This document shows positions 63,938 through 64,000 of a stretch of DNA of 64,000 nucleotides, one piece after another. The DNA lies in NCBI GenBank assembly GCA_965220745.1, contig CBDCQT010000012.1, forward strand, positions 128,001 to 192,000, given 5' to 3'. Each line of letters opens with the position of its first letter. Position 1 is the stretch's first letter. A program made the position numbers and the translations under genes. The DNA is from Alphaproteobacteria bacterium. Its GTDB lineage: Bacteria; Pseudomonadota; Alphaproteobacteria; UBA828. Below the pieces are notes generated by a model, which saw only the letters and a program-made list of their open reading frames with translations, was not told where the DNA came from and did not search any database.

Positions 63938-64000
63938 TAGTCTCGCGTCGGCGGGCCGGCGGATCTGAACCAGATCATGAAGGGCAGGCTTGCCAGCAGG
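63938..64000 (-). CDS. 3' end of a probable membrane protein running off the window
   Basis: LLASLPFMIWFRSAGPPTRD*. Confidence 0.3.

Overview
High-GC, probably alphaproteobacterial accessory DNA. A sponge or marine symbiont origin is an inference from the gene content. The main structure is a ~46.7 kb integrated element (about 10438-57105) whose ends are imperfect inverted repeats: a perfect 15-bp CGAGAGCGTTTCCGT, a second 16/20-bp block about 60 bp inside, and an IHF-consensus site at each end. Its backbone is two translationally coupled, catalytically intact tyrosine integrases at the right end, three tandem ribbon-helix-helix-like genes and a DUF1173-like nuclease at the left end, an 1843-aa MobF/TrwC relaxase-helicase with a four-repeat C-terminal extension, a second truncated relaxase and an IHF-alpha homolog. 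No coupling protein or T4SS is present. Cargo: an N,N-dimethylformamidase-family locus with ABC transporter and amidase, a MetE-like enzyme, acyl-CoA ligase and carboxyltransferase, a Rieske oxygenase with ABC transporter, an IS1380-split type IIG-like R-M gene and many IS scars. The element separates the two halves of an apparent sterol/lipid-handling cluster. On the left are a sterol C24-methyltransferase homolog, a GPP34/GOLPH3-cytochrome P450 fusion and a LolA-like protein; on the right are an outer-membrane barrel and an MMPL/RND transporter. The first 5 kb is a zinc-starvation locus with a Zur-like box (LbtU-like porin, ZnuA, COG0523 GTPase, WD40 protein). The last 3 kb holds gene fragments and a MalK-type ATPase. 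No rRNA, tRNA or CRISPR array was recognised.
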